Virus record (IMG/VR): IMGVR_UViG_3300044236_001180
Coordinates: 1 to 55,765 of that record
Length of the DNA stretch: 55,765 bases
DNA from: a virus
Lineage: Duplodnaviria > Caudoviricetes
Strand: one strand, 5' to 3'
The notes under the pieces were generated by a model. It ran no database searches. It was not told the origin of the DNA and was given only the letters and a program-made list of their open reading frames with translations. Within the stretch, counting starts at the first letter, position 1. Every line of letters starts with the position of its first letter. Both the position numbers and the translations under genes were made by a program. Shown here piece by piece: positions 38,501-47,634 of the stretch.

Positions 38501-39751
38501 GACACGATTGACGCACTGCGCGAGATCGCACCTCCGTGGAGTAAGAACAGTACGCTTGTCCCAACCTCTGTGGACAAAGATGGCAACATCACAGGTTACG
38601 TGGACTACAGCTTCACTAACCCGTACGACTATCTGCGCCGTCCGGTCATGGGCATCATCAATGCAATCAACGACGGCAAAGAACTTGATCTTGATGCTGA
38701 TACAATACTCGCTAACGCAGCGACACAGTTTTTCCGTGAACTTACTTCACCATTTTTGGAAGAGTCGATCATTACAGAAAGATTGGCAGACCTCATCGTC
38801 CGACCCGGTGAGACACGAACCGGCTACAAAATATTCCGCTCTGAAGACACAAGAGGCGAAAAGGTTGAAAAAGGACTTGTTCATATCTTTGAAGCGTTCC
38901 AGCCCACGATTGTGTCTGACATCATGCCTCTGGCGCAAATATCACCCACCACAGGTGATGTAGAATACATGACGCCGGGTCGTCTTATGACCGCGCTTCT
39001 CGGCCCCGAGGGCTTGGACAAAAAAGGAAATGTCCGACAGGCCGAAGAAGAAATACTTCGTTATCTTACCGGTATTGGAGAGCAAAAAGTATCTGCCGAT
39101 TCCTCCTTTAGATACCGCACCTATGGTCACAACGAGGCTGCACGGCAACCGCAAGGTAATTTTAACAAGCAGCTTCGCGCGTTTGGTCGTACCGTCGAGG
39201 ATCCAGCCGTCATCATCGAGAACTATCGGCAGGAAAACGAACGCAAGCTCAAAATATACAATCGTGGGTTCAAGCTGATCAAAACCATGAGGACACTTGG
39301 TATGTCTGAAAGGGAGATTAGAAGGGCTGCAAAAGAGTACAGATTCTCTGGCTACAAGAAGATTCTGCAAGGCCGTTTTGATCCGGTAAACATTGAACCC
39401 GATATATTGAACGATATCTCCGCTTTCTATCGTAGTATTAACCGTCCGTTTGATCGTCGTGGGTTGCAGCGCGAATTGAACCTGATTAAACGTGACTACC
39501 TGCGTAGGCCGCTGACTGCGGAAGGCGTGGAAGAACGCAAGCGTCCGGTGTTCCGGATTGAAATGCCATCGTCAGAAACACAAACCTCCACGGCGACGAC
39601 TCCTCCACCGGCGCCCGTGGACACGGGAGCCGTCGTTGACGTTTCAATTCCGACGGCTCCCGTACAACCCATGACGAATCAAACCGCGCAGTCCACGATC
39701 CAGGATCCACGGACCAGGGAGTTGTTTGAAAGATTACGAGGTGCTGGATAA
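35504..39751 (+). CDS. Large internal virion (ejection) protein, 1415 aa
   Basis: Largest ORF at end of virion module; YLRRKY, SP.TQ.RN, YQGGDD.WK, GNFIAFPAEI.R. Confidence 0.7.
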   Translation: MPNQEIIYRGRRIIYDDTKMTADEARADYDEHLASQPEQKLVARDRIVDPSVESEGTLQEFAEGLGSGATKAVQGVAELGGIAIDSVFDTNTTRAISQAGDDVREALGLDPVGIAGTIGDVTGQFLLPGGVGVAAVSKISKLGKLEKAIRQQGRGRVAAAGPMPARLTAGQTAKLRAQQAGAALLVDAAVADDGVTTIGDFVDGGPTMTEKDVGLSGRLEAGRRFRNKIRLGAEAGALAAAFPYLLSTTALVAKPGLMLTGEVLAPVASGTRGALQKIAEATGNSAAAQYIGNMTVPRAITRRAATDPDTTISDVYEGVKARLRFRGNLTTEAAERRSEIQGFIDSQANNAAYTIRQLEKETDKIFKGANTVNLQGFGELSRVEVMNSIYGFLTKDANFLNSAEVRRAAIRRAARTGEAFDPNNADHLIEAIPEFARGSVLKMRQQIDDLSARIVNSDYGTQNVSQLVRDEITENFGKYLRRKYRVFDDPDAYFRSDEYVQNRREVIAFLQQNPNTARNLYNKIVSEADLGNQLTADAPITQRVINDVVDTFVNRYRTRVGFLENSESLSRTARNKMSRDMFRPRRLEEDVLKKLLGEITKPVEAYVRTVGDLAETVAIDNFYGFLRQGRGQIIDGTRVGGDDIIDGNVYESLSLADRANYTELVDSGFGSLTSAGKEAGDEVRTFARNPVYRDLTRNTQRFNPETNLLMSSFLLGKGFSQKVKTVYSPITQIRNITSAALFAGAQGNIGRGANVFESVALVLENIRKTSPEERAAFFRELQELGVVGTQAQLRELERSIDDGLSYYSKGEVDQFGVNLGQKKTRGRAGQFLGSIDKRARDLYQGGDDIWKIYNFDFERSKLVNAFGGDVAAAENFARAQGAKSLNAYAADIVKNTVPNYERVPQFIEGLRKLPLGNFIAFPAEIARTSFNTLNRGIDEVQMGARMIQEGRAAGNQALVQQGRSMRDIGKRRLNGFAATTMVAGPAVQETALYLNDLSRDTIDALREIAPPWSKNSTLVPTSVDKDGNITGYVDYSFTNPYDYLRRPVMGIINAINDGKELDLDADTILANAATQFFRELTSPFLEESIITERLADLIVRPGETRTGYKIFRSEDTRGEKVEKGLVHIFEAFQPTIVSDIMPLAQISPTTGDVEYMTPGRLMTALLGPEGLDKKGNVRQAEEEILRYLTGIGEQKVSADSSFRYRTYGHNEAARQPQGNFNKQLRAFGRTVEDPAVIIENYRQENERKLKIYNRGFKLIKTMRTLGMSEREIRRAAKEYRFSGYKKILQGRFDPVNIEPDILNDISAFYRSINRPFDRRGLQRELNLIKRDYLRRPLTAEGVEERKRPVFRIEMPSSETQTSTATTPPPAPVDTGAVVDVSIPTAPVQPMTNQTAQSTIQDPRTRELFERLRGAG

Positions 39752-39849
39752 TGTTTCGCTGGCTACTAGAATTGCTGCGCATACCACACACGGGTGACAA
39801 GAGTCAGCATCGCCTTCATACGACTAAGTATGAAGACTTGTGCATGTAG
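39751..39849 (+). CDS. Tiny hypothetical peptide (32 aa, MFRWLLELLRIPH...YEDLCM)
   Basis: TAATG overlap with upstream stop; fills gap before endolysin. Confidence 0.45.
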   Translation: MFRWLLELLRIPHTGDKSQHRLHTTKYEDLCM

Positions 39850-39858
39850 GGGGTAACC

Positions 39859-40308
39859 ATGAATCTAGAACAGCTTCAACACGAGCTTGCCATTGACGAA
39901 GGATGCAAGCTGGAAATCTATCTCGACCATCTCGGTTACAAAACCGTGGGTATCGGGCACCTAATCACCGAAGATGACGAACTGTACGGCTTCGAAGTGG
40001 GCACTACGGTCTCTCAGGAGCACGTCGATGAACTATTCCACGAGGACATCCAACGAACTGTACGAGATTGCGAATTATTGTACAGCGATTTCAATGACTT
40101 GCCAGAAGGGGCACAATTATGCATTGCGAACATGTGCTTCCAACTCGGTCGTCCGCGGCTCTCGAAGTTCCGAAAAATGAAAGCAGCGGTCGATAAGCGG
40201 GACTGGGCCGAGGCCAGTCGCCAGATGTTGGACTCGAGGTGGGCTAAACAGACTCCGAATCGGGCGATGCGTCTGGCTCATCGGATTCAGGCGTTGGGTG
40301 ATACATAA
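39859..40308 (+). CDS. Endolysin, T4-type lysozyme (GH24-like)
   Basis: DEG..L..YLD..G..TVGIGHL catalytic E/D/T; DSRWAKQTPNRA. Confidence 0.9.
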   Translation: MNLEQLQHELAIDEGCKLEIYLDHLGYKTVGIGHLITEDDELYGFEVGTTVSQEHVDELFHEDIQRTVRDCELLYSDFNDLPEGAQLCIANMCFQLGRPRLSKFRKMKAAVDKRDWAEASRQMLDSRWAKQTPNRAMRLAHRIQALGDT

Positions 40309-40432
40309 GGTAGAACGCCTTACACTCTGGACATGACAGATTCGAGACGATGAAGTAGTCCTCGTCGTCTTCGATGTCATGGTCGCCGCCCCAGATTAAG
40401 TCTGACCCGCAGGCAAAACACTTCGGGATCAT
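40244..40432 (-). CDS. Small Zn-ribbon protein
   Basis: CFAC...LIWGGDHD...NLSCPEC. Confidence 0.65.
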   Translation of the reverse strand: MIPKCFACGSDLIWGGDHDIEDDEDYFIVSNLSCPECKAFYLMYHPTPESDEPDASPDSESV

Positions 40433-40433
40433 T

Positions 40434-40730
40434 CTATTCTTCCCATTCAATAAACGTAATGCCCTTGTGCTGGGTGATCATAAGCGCATGGGTATCTTGG
40501 CATCCTTCGCAGAAAAACATAAGAACAGTGGCGTGTCTCCGCACAGATGGATTCCCTTCGTCGTCCAATTCCAGTTTTGATTGCGACACCAGACCCGAGA
40601 CAGGGTTAGATGTAACGAAAACTCCTTCCTTGTCTTCGCGTCGGCAATACATGAACGTCTGAACGTGGTGAACGTGTTCATCACCACAGTGTGGGCAGTG
40701 TAGCTCGTTGTCTACAACATTGATTTTCAT
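40434..40730 (-). CDS. Zn-finger hypothetical protein
   Basis: aggag RBS; CPHC...CEGC. Confidence 0.7.
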   Translation of the reverse strand: MKINVVDNELHCPHCGDEHVHHVQTFMYCRREDKEGVFVTSNPVSGLVSQSKLELDDEGNPSVRRHATVLMFFCEGCQDTHALMITQHKGITFIEWEE

Positions 40731-40767
40731 TTTTCTTCTCCTGTTACTTGGGAAATTTTGGCGAATT

Positions 40768-42642
40768 TTACCCAACTTCGCCCCAGTTGTCGCCAAGCTC
40801 GGCATCCACGTCGAACGGCACCTTCAAGTCTGGTACACAATTCTTCATGATATCGACAATTTTGTCGGATTGTTCACGAGAGTTCACACTAAAACACAAT
40901 TCGTCGTGAACAGTGAGCATCGGCACCAGTCCTTCTTCATAACACGTCACCATCGCCTTCTTGGTCTGGTCCGCGCTTGACCCTTGAATCAGTCGGTTCA
41001 GTGCCTTGTAGGTGAACGCGCGGCGGATCATACCCTTGCCACCATATTCCTTAACAGCCTCTTCAAGCGGCAGTGCGCGGTTGTACCCGTAAGACCTTGG
41101 CTCCCAAGTGTCGAAGCGACACTTGCGGCCTAGCCACGTACGAATCACACCCTTGTCCATCGCTTGATTCATCGCCAGATCGGCCATGCCTTTCACAAAC
41201 GGCACCTTGTCGTGGTACTTGTTCAGCAATCCCTTGGCTTCCTCCTCGGTGATGTCGAGAGTGCCGGCCAACTTCTTCCGGCCCATGCCGTACATGATGC
41301 CGAGGTTTACAGTCTTGGCTTCCTTGCGTGACACACCCGCCATATCCGCCACCATTTGGTGGAAGTCAGCATTGCCTTCGTGGTACATTCTCACCACGTC
41401 ATCGATCTGTGGATCCCGCCGGGCGCCGGTTAGGGTGGCACAGTAGTGTGCCAGCCACCGTGGCTCTTGGGATGCATAGTCGAAACTGCCCCACCTCTCG
41501 CCATCCTCCGGGATGAAAAGACCCCGAATCATTTTTTTGATTTCAGGGTCACGCGCGGGGATCTGTTGGAGGTTCGGGTTGGACGAAGAAAATCGTCCGG
41601 TGACTGTGCCCCCTTCATCTGAACGAAGAGGGTGAAAATCACAATGGATACGACCGTTATGCGAATGTTCAAGAATGGTTTCAATAAATGTTGTGTTTGC
41701 CTTGTTAAACTCGCGCAGGCGTACAATCTTTTGCGCCACCGGGTGGGTGTGATTCGCAAGAAATGCTTTTGTAAAGGCTGGCGCATTCGACTTTTCTGTC
41801 CTGTTGTAGTTCAACCCAAGGGCGTCGAACGCCTTTGCTATAGATGCAGCGGCCCACGGCTCCACAAGGATGCCGGTCTCTTTCTTTACTTCTTTAAGTA
41901 GGGCGTCCTCGCGATGTTTCAGTTCCTTCTGTATTTGCTCGGCGCGGTCGGTGTTGACACGCACACCTTTCGTCTTCATATCGAGCATCAACGGGATCAG
42001 CGATGTCTCCAACTCGAAGATGCTGTTGACTTCATCCTTGTCGATGTCGGCCCGCAGCCGGTCCCATAGACGCAGTGTAACAGCAGCATCCTGCTCCGCA
42101 TACTTGCCCACGAACGAGGCGTGTAGCTTCCACATCTCCCCCTTCGGATCTACACCGTACATCGACGCCGCAGCCTTCAGCATCTTCTCGTTCTTCCACT
42201 CGCCGAGGTACTCACCGGCCAAGCTGTTCAGGTTGTACCAGCGACGGTTCTCGTTCAGCAGCGGTGCTGCCACCATCGTGTCGATGATCTTGCCCTGCAC
42301 CTCGATGCCGGCCCAGCGCAGCCAGCCCAGATCGTACATGGCGTTGTGCATGATCTTCTCGATATGCGGCGTGGCAAGCTGCTTTTTCAACCAGTTGACC
42401 ACAGTCTTCTCTGGCATGTTACCGCCACCTTGGTGCCGGATCGGGAAGTAGCCAACGAAGTCGCCGGCAGCTACAGCATAGCCAATGACGTAGCCGTCAT
42501 TGCGACACCAACCCGGACCCAGGGTCATTAGATTCGGGTCACTGGTTTCAAGGTCAATCGCGATGCGTTCGCAGTTCGTCAGGTCCGGCAGAGATGCTGG
42601 CGGATACCAATCTTCTTCGATGTCAAACAGGTCAGCTTTCAT
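40768..42642 (-). CDS. polA: DNA polymerase family A with 3'-5' exonuclease
   Basis: DLET, HNAMYD, YAEQD exonuclease motifs; TGRFSS..PNLQQIP, DYASQEPR, AKTVNLGIMYG, TVHDEL. Confidence 0.95.
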   Translation of the reverse strand: MKADLFDIEEDWYPPASLPDLTNCERIAIDLETSDPNLMTLGPGWCRNDGYVIGYAVAAGDFVGYFPIRHQGGGNMPEKTVVNWLKKQLATPHIEKIMHNAMYDLGWLRWAGIEVQGKIIDTMVAAPLLNENRRWYNLNSLAGEYLGEWKNEKMLKAAASMYGVDPKGEMWKLHASFVGKYAEQDAAVTLRLWDRLRADIDKDEVNSIFELETSLIPLMLDMKTKGVRVNTDRAEQIQKELKHREDALLKEVKKETGILVEPWAAASIAKAFDALGLNYNRTEKSNAPAFTKAFLANHTHPVAQKIVRLREFNKANTTFIETILEHSHNGRIHCDFHPLRSDEGGTVTGRFSSSNPNLQQIPARDPEIKKMIRGLFIPEDGERWGSFDYASQEPRWLAHYCATLTGARRDPQIDDVVRMYHEGNADFHQMVADMAGVSRKEAKTVNLGIMYGMGRKKLAGTLDITEEEAKGLLNKYHDKVPFVKGMADLAMNQAMDKGVIRTWLGRKCRFDTWEPRSYGYNRALPLEEAVKEYGGKGMIRRAFTYKALNRLIQGSSADQTKKAMVTCYEEGLVPMLTVHDELCFSVNSREQSDKIVDIMKNCVPDLKVPFDVDAELGDNWGEVG

Positions 42643-42916
42643 CGTTCGAGATCTCCCCTCCGAGTGCGGCATAGCCGATGATGTCGATCCACGAATCGTC
42701 CTTGTGCATGTCTTCGGCAAGCCGGGCCAGTTTCAGCCCAACCATCATAGCAACCACCTCTGTTGGCGTGATCTTGTCCAGCAGTTTCTTGCGGAGCAGC
42801 ACGTTCCAGATCGTAGCAATTCGTTCATGATTCAGACGCGCCGGTCCATAGTCTTCGGCCCTCGGCCCATTGATCAGTTCTTCTGCCTGCTTCAGGAAAT
42901 GCTCTCTGTTTTTCAT
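42632..42916 (-). CDS. DUF6378-like hypothetical protein
   Basis: INGPRAEDYG...LKLARL...DSWIDIIGYA. Confidence 0.7.
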   Translation of the reverse strand: MKNREHFLKQAEELINGPRAEDYGPARLNHERIATIWNVLLRKKLLDKITPTEVVAMMVGLKLARLAEDMHKDDSWIDIIGYAALGGEISNDES

Positions 42917-44436
42917 AGTTCGAACCTGTGGTTGGAGTGTGACTCGACAAGGTGAAGTTGTTTGCGGGCACGGGTCATTCCCACATAGAAGGTGCGAATC
43001 TCACCTTCTGTGTCTTCGGCTCTTGTTATAACAGGACTGGACTCAAGCAGGAGGAGGACGTTGTCTGCCTCCCCACCTTTCGCCTTGTGGATCGTCGAGA
43101 TCCGTATCCTCGGCTTGCCCGACAAGATAGACTCGCCCATCCGACGTACAGAAGTAATGTAGATCCGCTCTTGCTCCGACACACGAATCACTTCGTACCA
43201 CGGTGTCTCGGCAGTCGCGTTGAACTCGCACAGGTTCTGTAAATCGGTGAGGTTGTAGGTTGCTTCGGGGTCTAGGTTTGTGAGTTTGCGTCGGCCAGAT
43301 TTGGTGATGACCGTTGACTGGATAAGTTTGGAGAAGCTCTTCAAGTCCGCCGGGGACACAAACTGATTTTTGCATAGTCGCAACCACACCTCGATGCCGT
43401 TCAAAACATTTGGGGAGATGGACCAGCCTGGCCCCTCACGCCAGAACAGGTATCCCTGTTCCTTGAGGGTGTTCGCAACCTTGTTCGCAATGTTATTTGT
43501 GCGGGCAAGAATCAACCATTCACCAGATCGTAAGTCCACATCCAAGATATCATGATGCCATACTACAGCACCACCTTCTTCGACCGGGGACCAAACTTTT
43601 TGCTGCCGAACTTCTAGTCGTTTTGCCACACTGTCCGCCAGCCCGTGCACCTGCGAGGGCAGACGGTAAGATTTATCGAGGATGATCTTGTCTTCCGAGG
43701 CAGTCAGGAAGTCGTTTACGTTCACGCCCATCCACGAATAGATGCACTGATCGTCGTCGCCGGCAAAGTAGATACGCTTGGCGCACGGCTTCATCACTTC
43801 ATGCACCATACGCCACTGGAGTGGCACCAAGTCTTGAGCTTCGTCAACAATCAGCACGTCGAGCAGCGGACAGTTACCCTGCATCACGAACTGTTCGATC
43901 ATGTCCACGAAGTCCACCTTGTCGGTCATCTTCTTGTAGTCACGGATCACCTGATCCATGACTTTCAGTTGCTGGAAGTGTAGTCGATAGTCTGTATTCT
44001 TTTCGTTGAACATCTCCTCCATCGACTTGCCAGTCACCCGAGCAAGCTGGAGTATTCCGTGATACTGATCGCCCTTGGACTGACCAGCCGAGAACAAGAT
44101 ACCGTCGTCCATGCGGACAGAAGCAGACGAGAGCATGGGCAGACCCAGCAACTCACCGACCTTGTTGTAGTCCGCACCCTTCATAACCTTCTGACCACTG
44201 AGGCCAAGGTTCTGGAACGCGAAGGAGTGCAGCGTACGAAACCAGATCATCTGCTGTTCGTTGATGCCCAGCTTCTCTGTAGCACGGTCCCGTGCTTCCT
44301 GTGCAGCCTTCTTGCTGAAGGACACGAAAGCAATCTTGTCGGGCGCCGTTCCACGGTCCAGTTCTTCCTGAACGATGTTGATCAGCCGTGTAGTCTTGCC
44401 AGTGCCTGGGGGTCCAAAGATTGTTGTCGCGGTCAA
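42913..44436 (-). CDS. UvrD/Rep-like SF1 helicase
   Basis: GPPGTGKT, DEAQD, GDDDQ, STIHKAKGGE, YVGMTRA. Confidence 0.92.
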   Translation of the reverse strand: MTATTIFGPPGTGKTTRLINIVQEELDRGTAPDKIAFVSFSKKAAQEARDRATEKLGINEQQMIWFRTLHSFAFQNLGLSGQKVMKGADYNKVGELLGLPMLSSASVRMDDGILFSAGQSKGDQYHGILQLARVTGKSMEEMFNEKNTDYRLHFQQLKVMDQVIRDYKKMTDKVDFVDMIEQFVMQGNCPLLDVLIVDEAQDLVPLQWRMVHEVMKPCAKRIYFAGDDDQCIYSWMGVNVNDFLTASEDKIILDKSYRLPSQVHGLADSVAKRLEVRQQKVWSPVEEGGAVVWHHDILDVDLRSGEWLILARTNNIANKVANTLKEQGYLFWREGPGWSISPNVLNGIEVWLRLCKNQFVSPADLKSFSKLIQSTVITKSGRRKLTNLDPEATYNLTDLQNLCEFNATAETPWYEVIRVSEQERIYITSVRRMGESILSGKPRIRISTIHKAKGGEADNVLLLLESSPVITRAEDTEGEIRTFYVGMTRARKQLHLVESHSNHRFEL

Positions 44437-45968
44437 AACGGAATCTCCTCTCCAACCACATCGATGGCCGGGATCTCGACCTCGCTAGACTTGGCAGGCA
44501 CCCACCACACACGCATGGGCATGGTGTCACCCTTCGTTGTCTTGAACCGCCGCTGTCCGTTTGCCTGCCCGCCGTTGTTCAACTCTTTCAACCGCTCCTG
44601 TATCTGGCCCCGGCTATAGCTGTCGAACTTTTGATTACGCAGGAACTTCATCAACGCTTCGAGCTTGAAGTATGTCAGGCCGTCCTCTTCATCCGTGAAC
44701 GGCTTGCCTAGTGCGATCTCTTCTGCCGACTGTGCTTGTACCCGACCATCACAATACGCCTCGACAAGCTCGTTGAACTGGCCCTTGTATGTCAGTTCGT
44801 GCGGCACGTCGATGTGGTTCATGTCTTCCATGAGCATGGTGACGATGGTCTGCCAATCCTGCATCTTCATCATAGGCGGCATGACGTGGATCTGTTCCAT
44901 ACATGCCTTCTGGAAACGCTGCGGTGTTTGCAAATCGTCGGTTGTCAACTCGACACGACGGCCACCTACATCGCAGAACCAGACAGGCGGCTCGGACTTC
45001 ACGACACATAGTCCTGTAACGTCCACAGCCATGCTTGTGACGCCGATACCGAACTTCTTGGTCTTACACAGCGTCTTGTTGCAGAAGCTCCGTAGCGGCT
45101 CCTGATCGCACGGAAAACCGTAGTCCTTTTTGTCGTGCTGGTTCTGGATCGTGACGATCTCGGAGGCGGGCAGCGGTGGATTAGAAAACCGCTGGTTTAT
45201 CTCTTCGAGTCGTTGCTTCCATGTCTCGGGCTGTTCCTTCTTGCACCCAACCGCAGCGGCGAACATCACCGTGTTGCGGGTGCCTTCGGGAATGCCCTGC
45301 CCGAACATACAGTTCAGGCAGGGCGCCCATTCCTTGAACTCGTCTTCAACAACCCCGAAGGTAAGGGAGACGAAAGCCTCCGGAGAAATGGCACGAGTGT
45401 CGGCGAGATCAAGGAACTCCTCGAGAGTGGCGGCAGATCCATCCTCGAGGATTGCATGACGCAGGGTTTGCTCTGCATCGAAGTATGGCAGGTTGATAAA
45501 GTTACCAACGTCACCACGCTCGTGCAGAACCTGCTCCTGCTTCGGAAAGATTTCACACCGACCATACCCAACATAGGCGGCGATCTCCGAAGCCTTGTCA
45601 CGGAACTCCCCTGCGCTCATGAATTCCGTGAAGAAGAAGTATATGTGTGCCCCACCAGATTTCGAGCGGCAGACCACGGCTGGGATCTCAAGGTCGCGCA
45701 AACGCCGGTCGATGCCGGCAAGGTCTAGTGGATATTCGTCAATGTCGAGGACACCGAACTTACATTTGTTGTCCTCGTTAATCGGTATGGAACCAACCCC
45801 CTTCACACCGTTCAGGTGTGACCGGATAAGTTCAAGTGTGATTGGAGTGCGGACTGTGCGGGATTGTGCCTTCTGTTTCCCGGCGCGGCGCTCCTCTGAA
45901 ATAATTGTCTGTCCATGTGCCGATTTGAAACCCTCAAACGCGGCCATGAACCTTTCGTCCAAGTTCAT
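44433..45968 (-). CDS. Putative primase (AEP/primase-polymerase-like)
   Basis: LDID, RSKSGGAH, GNFINLPY; PC...EGTRN PriCT-like region. Confidence 0.75.
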   Translation of the reverse strand: MNLDERFMAAFEGFKSAHGQTIISEERRAGKQKAQSRTVRTPITLELIRSHLNGVKGVGSIPINEDNKCKFGVLDIDEYPLDLAGIDRRLRDLEIPAVVCRSKSGGAHIYFFFTEFMSAGEFRDKASEIAAYVGYGRCEIFPKQEQVLHERGDVGNFINLPYFDAEQTLRHAILEDGSAATLEEFLDLADTRAISPEAFVSLTFGVVEDEFKEWAPCLNCMFGQGIPEGTRNTVMFAAAVGCKKEQPETWKQRLEEINQRFSNPPLPASEIVTIQNQHDKKDYGFPCDQEPLRSFCNKTLCKTKKFGIGVTSMAVDVTGLCVVKSEPPVWFCDVGGRRVELTTDDLQTPQRFQKACMEQIHVMPPMMKMQDWQTIVTMLMEDMNHIDVPHELTYKGQFNELVEAYCDGRVQAQSAEEIALGKPFTDEEDGLTYFKLEALMKFLRNQKFDSYSRGQIQERLKELNNGGQANGQRRFKTTKGDTMPMRVWWVPAKSSEVEIPAIDVVGEEIPF

Positions 45969-46097
45969 AGCTTCCCCCTATGGTTGGGTTAGGGCAGGGG
46001 ATGAAGAGACGTGATTCTCAAGTCGATGAGAATGCCGACTTGCGATACGCCCAGTCTCTCCCAGATGCTCCCCTGAAACACCATATTGTGCGTATCG

Positions 46098-46907
46098 TTA
46101 GAATGGGATTTCTTCGTCGTCGTGCTTGGAAGCAGACGCCGAATTCATCTCTTCAGCAGTTCCAGCGGACGTTTTGATCTCGCCCTTGCGGAACATCTCG
46201 TAGAGACCCTTACACTCCTGCACCGCTGCCGACGGCACACTCTGGATGTCAAGTTGAGAGATCGAGTAGTTGAACCACGAACCCTTGTCGTTGCTCTCTT
46301 GCACGGTCTTCAGCTTCCACACAGTTGCCCACATGGGCGGGGTAAACAGACCCTTCTCCGGGTGCATCAGCTTCATACCCGCACGGCGAGTATTCCACTG
46401 CTTGGCAACCTTCATTTGAGTCTTCTTCATGTCGAGAATCATCTGCTGGGTTACACCGTTCTCGTCGATAGCCACGACCAAGAACTGTGCAGCACGAACC
46501 AACTCGTTACCCGACGGCAAGATTTCATTCGGACCCATCCGTTGTGCCTGACGAATGTCAGGGTTGTTTGGATCGATCTCGCCAAGGAAGCCACCACCGG
46601 ACTCGCGAAGTTGGAACTCCAGGAACTTCATCTCGTAGGCGCACGGAATGATCGTCACGCCTTCGTCGCCTTCCCAGAACTGCCCGGTCACAGTGTTGAA
46701 GATGTCACCGGCAGACGCACCCTTGATAAATTTCGAGTCCGTCTTGATCAGTTGCGGGGAGAGCGGCTGCAAAATCCGCATGAACGGAATCTGCATGTCC
46801 TCGGAGCTAATGCTCTCCATCCCCTGACCTGCACCAGCGTACAGATCGTCCATGAGATTGGCGGGCAGCGACTCCGCCTTTTTCGCTACAGCTTGCTTTT
46901 CAGCCAT
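46098..46907 (-). CDS. Putative single-stranded DNA-binding protein
   Basis: In replication module; IPF..ILQ..SP; acidic tail DDEEIPF. Confidence 0.6.
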   Translation of the reverse strand: MAEKQAVAKKAESLPANLMDDLYAGAGQGMESISSEDMQIPFMRILQPLSPQLIKTDSKFIKGASAGDIFNTVTGQFWEGDEGVTIIPCAYEMKFLEFQLRESGGGFLGEIDPNNPDIRQAQRMGPNEILPSGNELVRAAQFLVVAIDENGVTQQMILDMKKTQMKVAKQWNTRRAGMKLMHPEKGLFTPPMWATVWKLKTVQESNDKGSWFNYSISQLDIQSVPSAAVQECKGLYEMFRKGEIKTSAGTAEEMNSASASKHDDEEIPF

Positions 46908-46911
46908 CGTT

Positions 46912-47478
46912 CTACGTCCTCGTAATTTTAGCTTCAGTTCCTACAAACACACCGAACTGGTCAAAGTCGATATCCTGACCCGACTCAATGCGGTTACGAA
47001 CCCACGCCTTCAGCGTCTGCGGATGGATGTGGGTTTTCTGTGCGGGGTCCAGTCCATATTGCTGGCGCAAGTCTTCAACGACAGAGCCGGCCATATTGTC
47101 TTGGCCTGCGCTGAAGGACAACGTCACATCATTCTTGATGATGTCACCTTCACCAATGGAACGGAGCCACGCAAACGCATCGTCACGCCTGTCATCTGGG
47201 ATGCGGGCATGGACGAACTGACGAAGAGAGATCTTGTTACCGTCAACAGTAACACTTTCCATACCCATCTCTTCCATCAGAGCCGGGATGTCCTCTTCAT
47301 TTACCTTGCGTTTCTTGAATTTCAGATCCTTGAGGTACTTCTCGGCTTGCGAGATTTCCTCGTCGATCTGAAGGGATGCGCGGATCAGGGCCGAAAGGCG
47401 GGAACCTTTACCCTCATCCACAGTGTCGAACTTTTGGGCATCGACCGCCTCGTCAAACAGCGAAAACACATCGCTCAT
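46912..47478 (-). CDS. Conserved replication-module hypothetical protein
   Basis: aaggag RBS; AF.WLR..G.GDIIKN, IHPQTLKA. Confidence 0.75.
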   Translation of the reverse strand: MSDVFSLFDEAVDAQKFDTVDEGKGSRLSALIRASLQIDEEISQAEKYLKDLKFKKRKVNEEDIPALMEEMGMESVTVDGNKISLRQFVHARIPDDRRDDAFAWLRSIGEGDIIKNDVTLSFSAGQDNMAGSVVEDLRQQYGLDPAQKTHIHPQTLKAWVRNRIESGQDIDFDQFGVFVGTEAKITRT

Positions 47479-47634
47479 CGTCTTCTCCTTTCGTTAAAGT
47501 TTAAGCCCTTCGGCTATTGGGGCGGCAGCAGACCAGAGGACGGTCGCAAAATCCTTGGTATACTTAGCAGTTTGACGGACTTCTAAGCCCAGTCCGCTGC
47601 CGCTGGAGGGTGATACAGGATCCACGGTCCACGA

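Noticed and set aside
42643-42720. PolA N-terminal extension or extra domain (e.g. DnaJ insert, intein)
   Set aside because: The extension overlaps the upstream gene; PolA motifs are normally spaced, with no CxxCxGxG or intein signatures
46086-47586. 279-aa and 244-aa plus-strand ORFs
   Set aside because: Antisense shadows of minus-strand replication genes
47522-47603. tRNA gene
   Set aside because: No TTC/T-loop, D-loop or 7-bp acceptor geometry; kept as an ncRNA candidate instead
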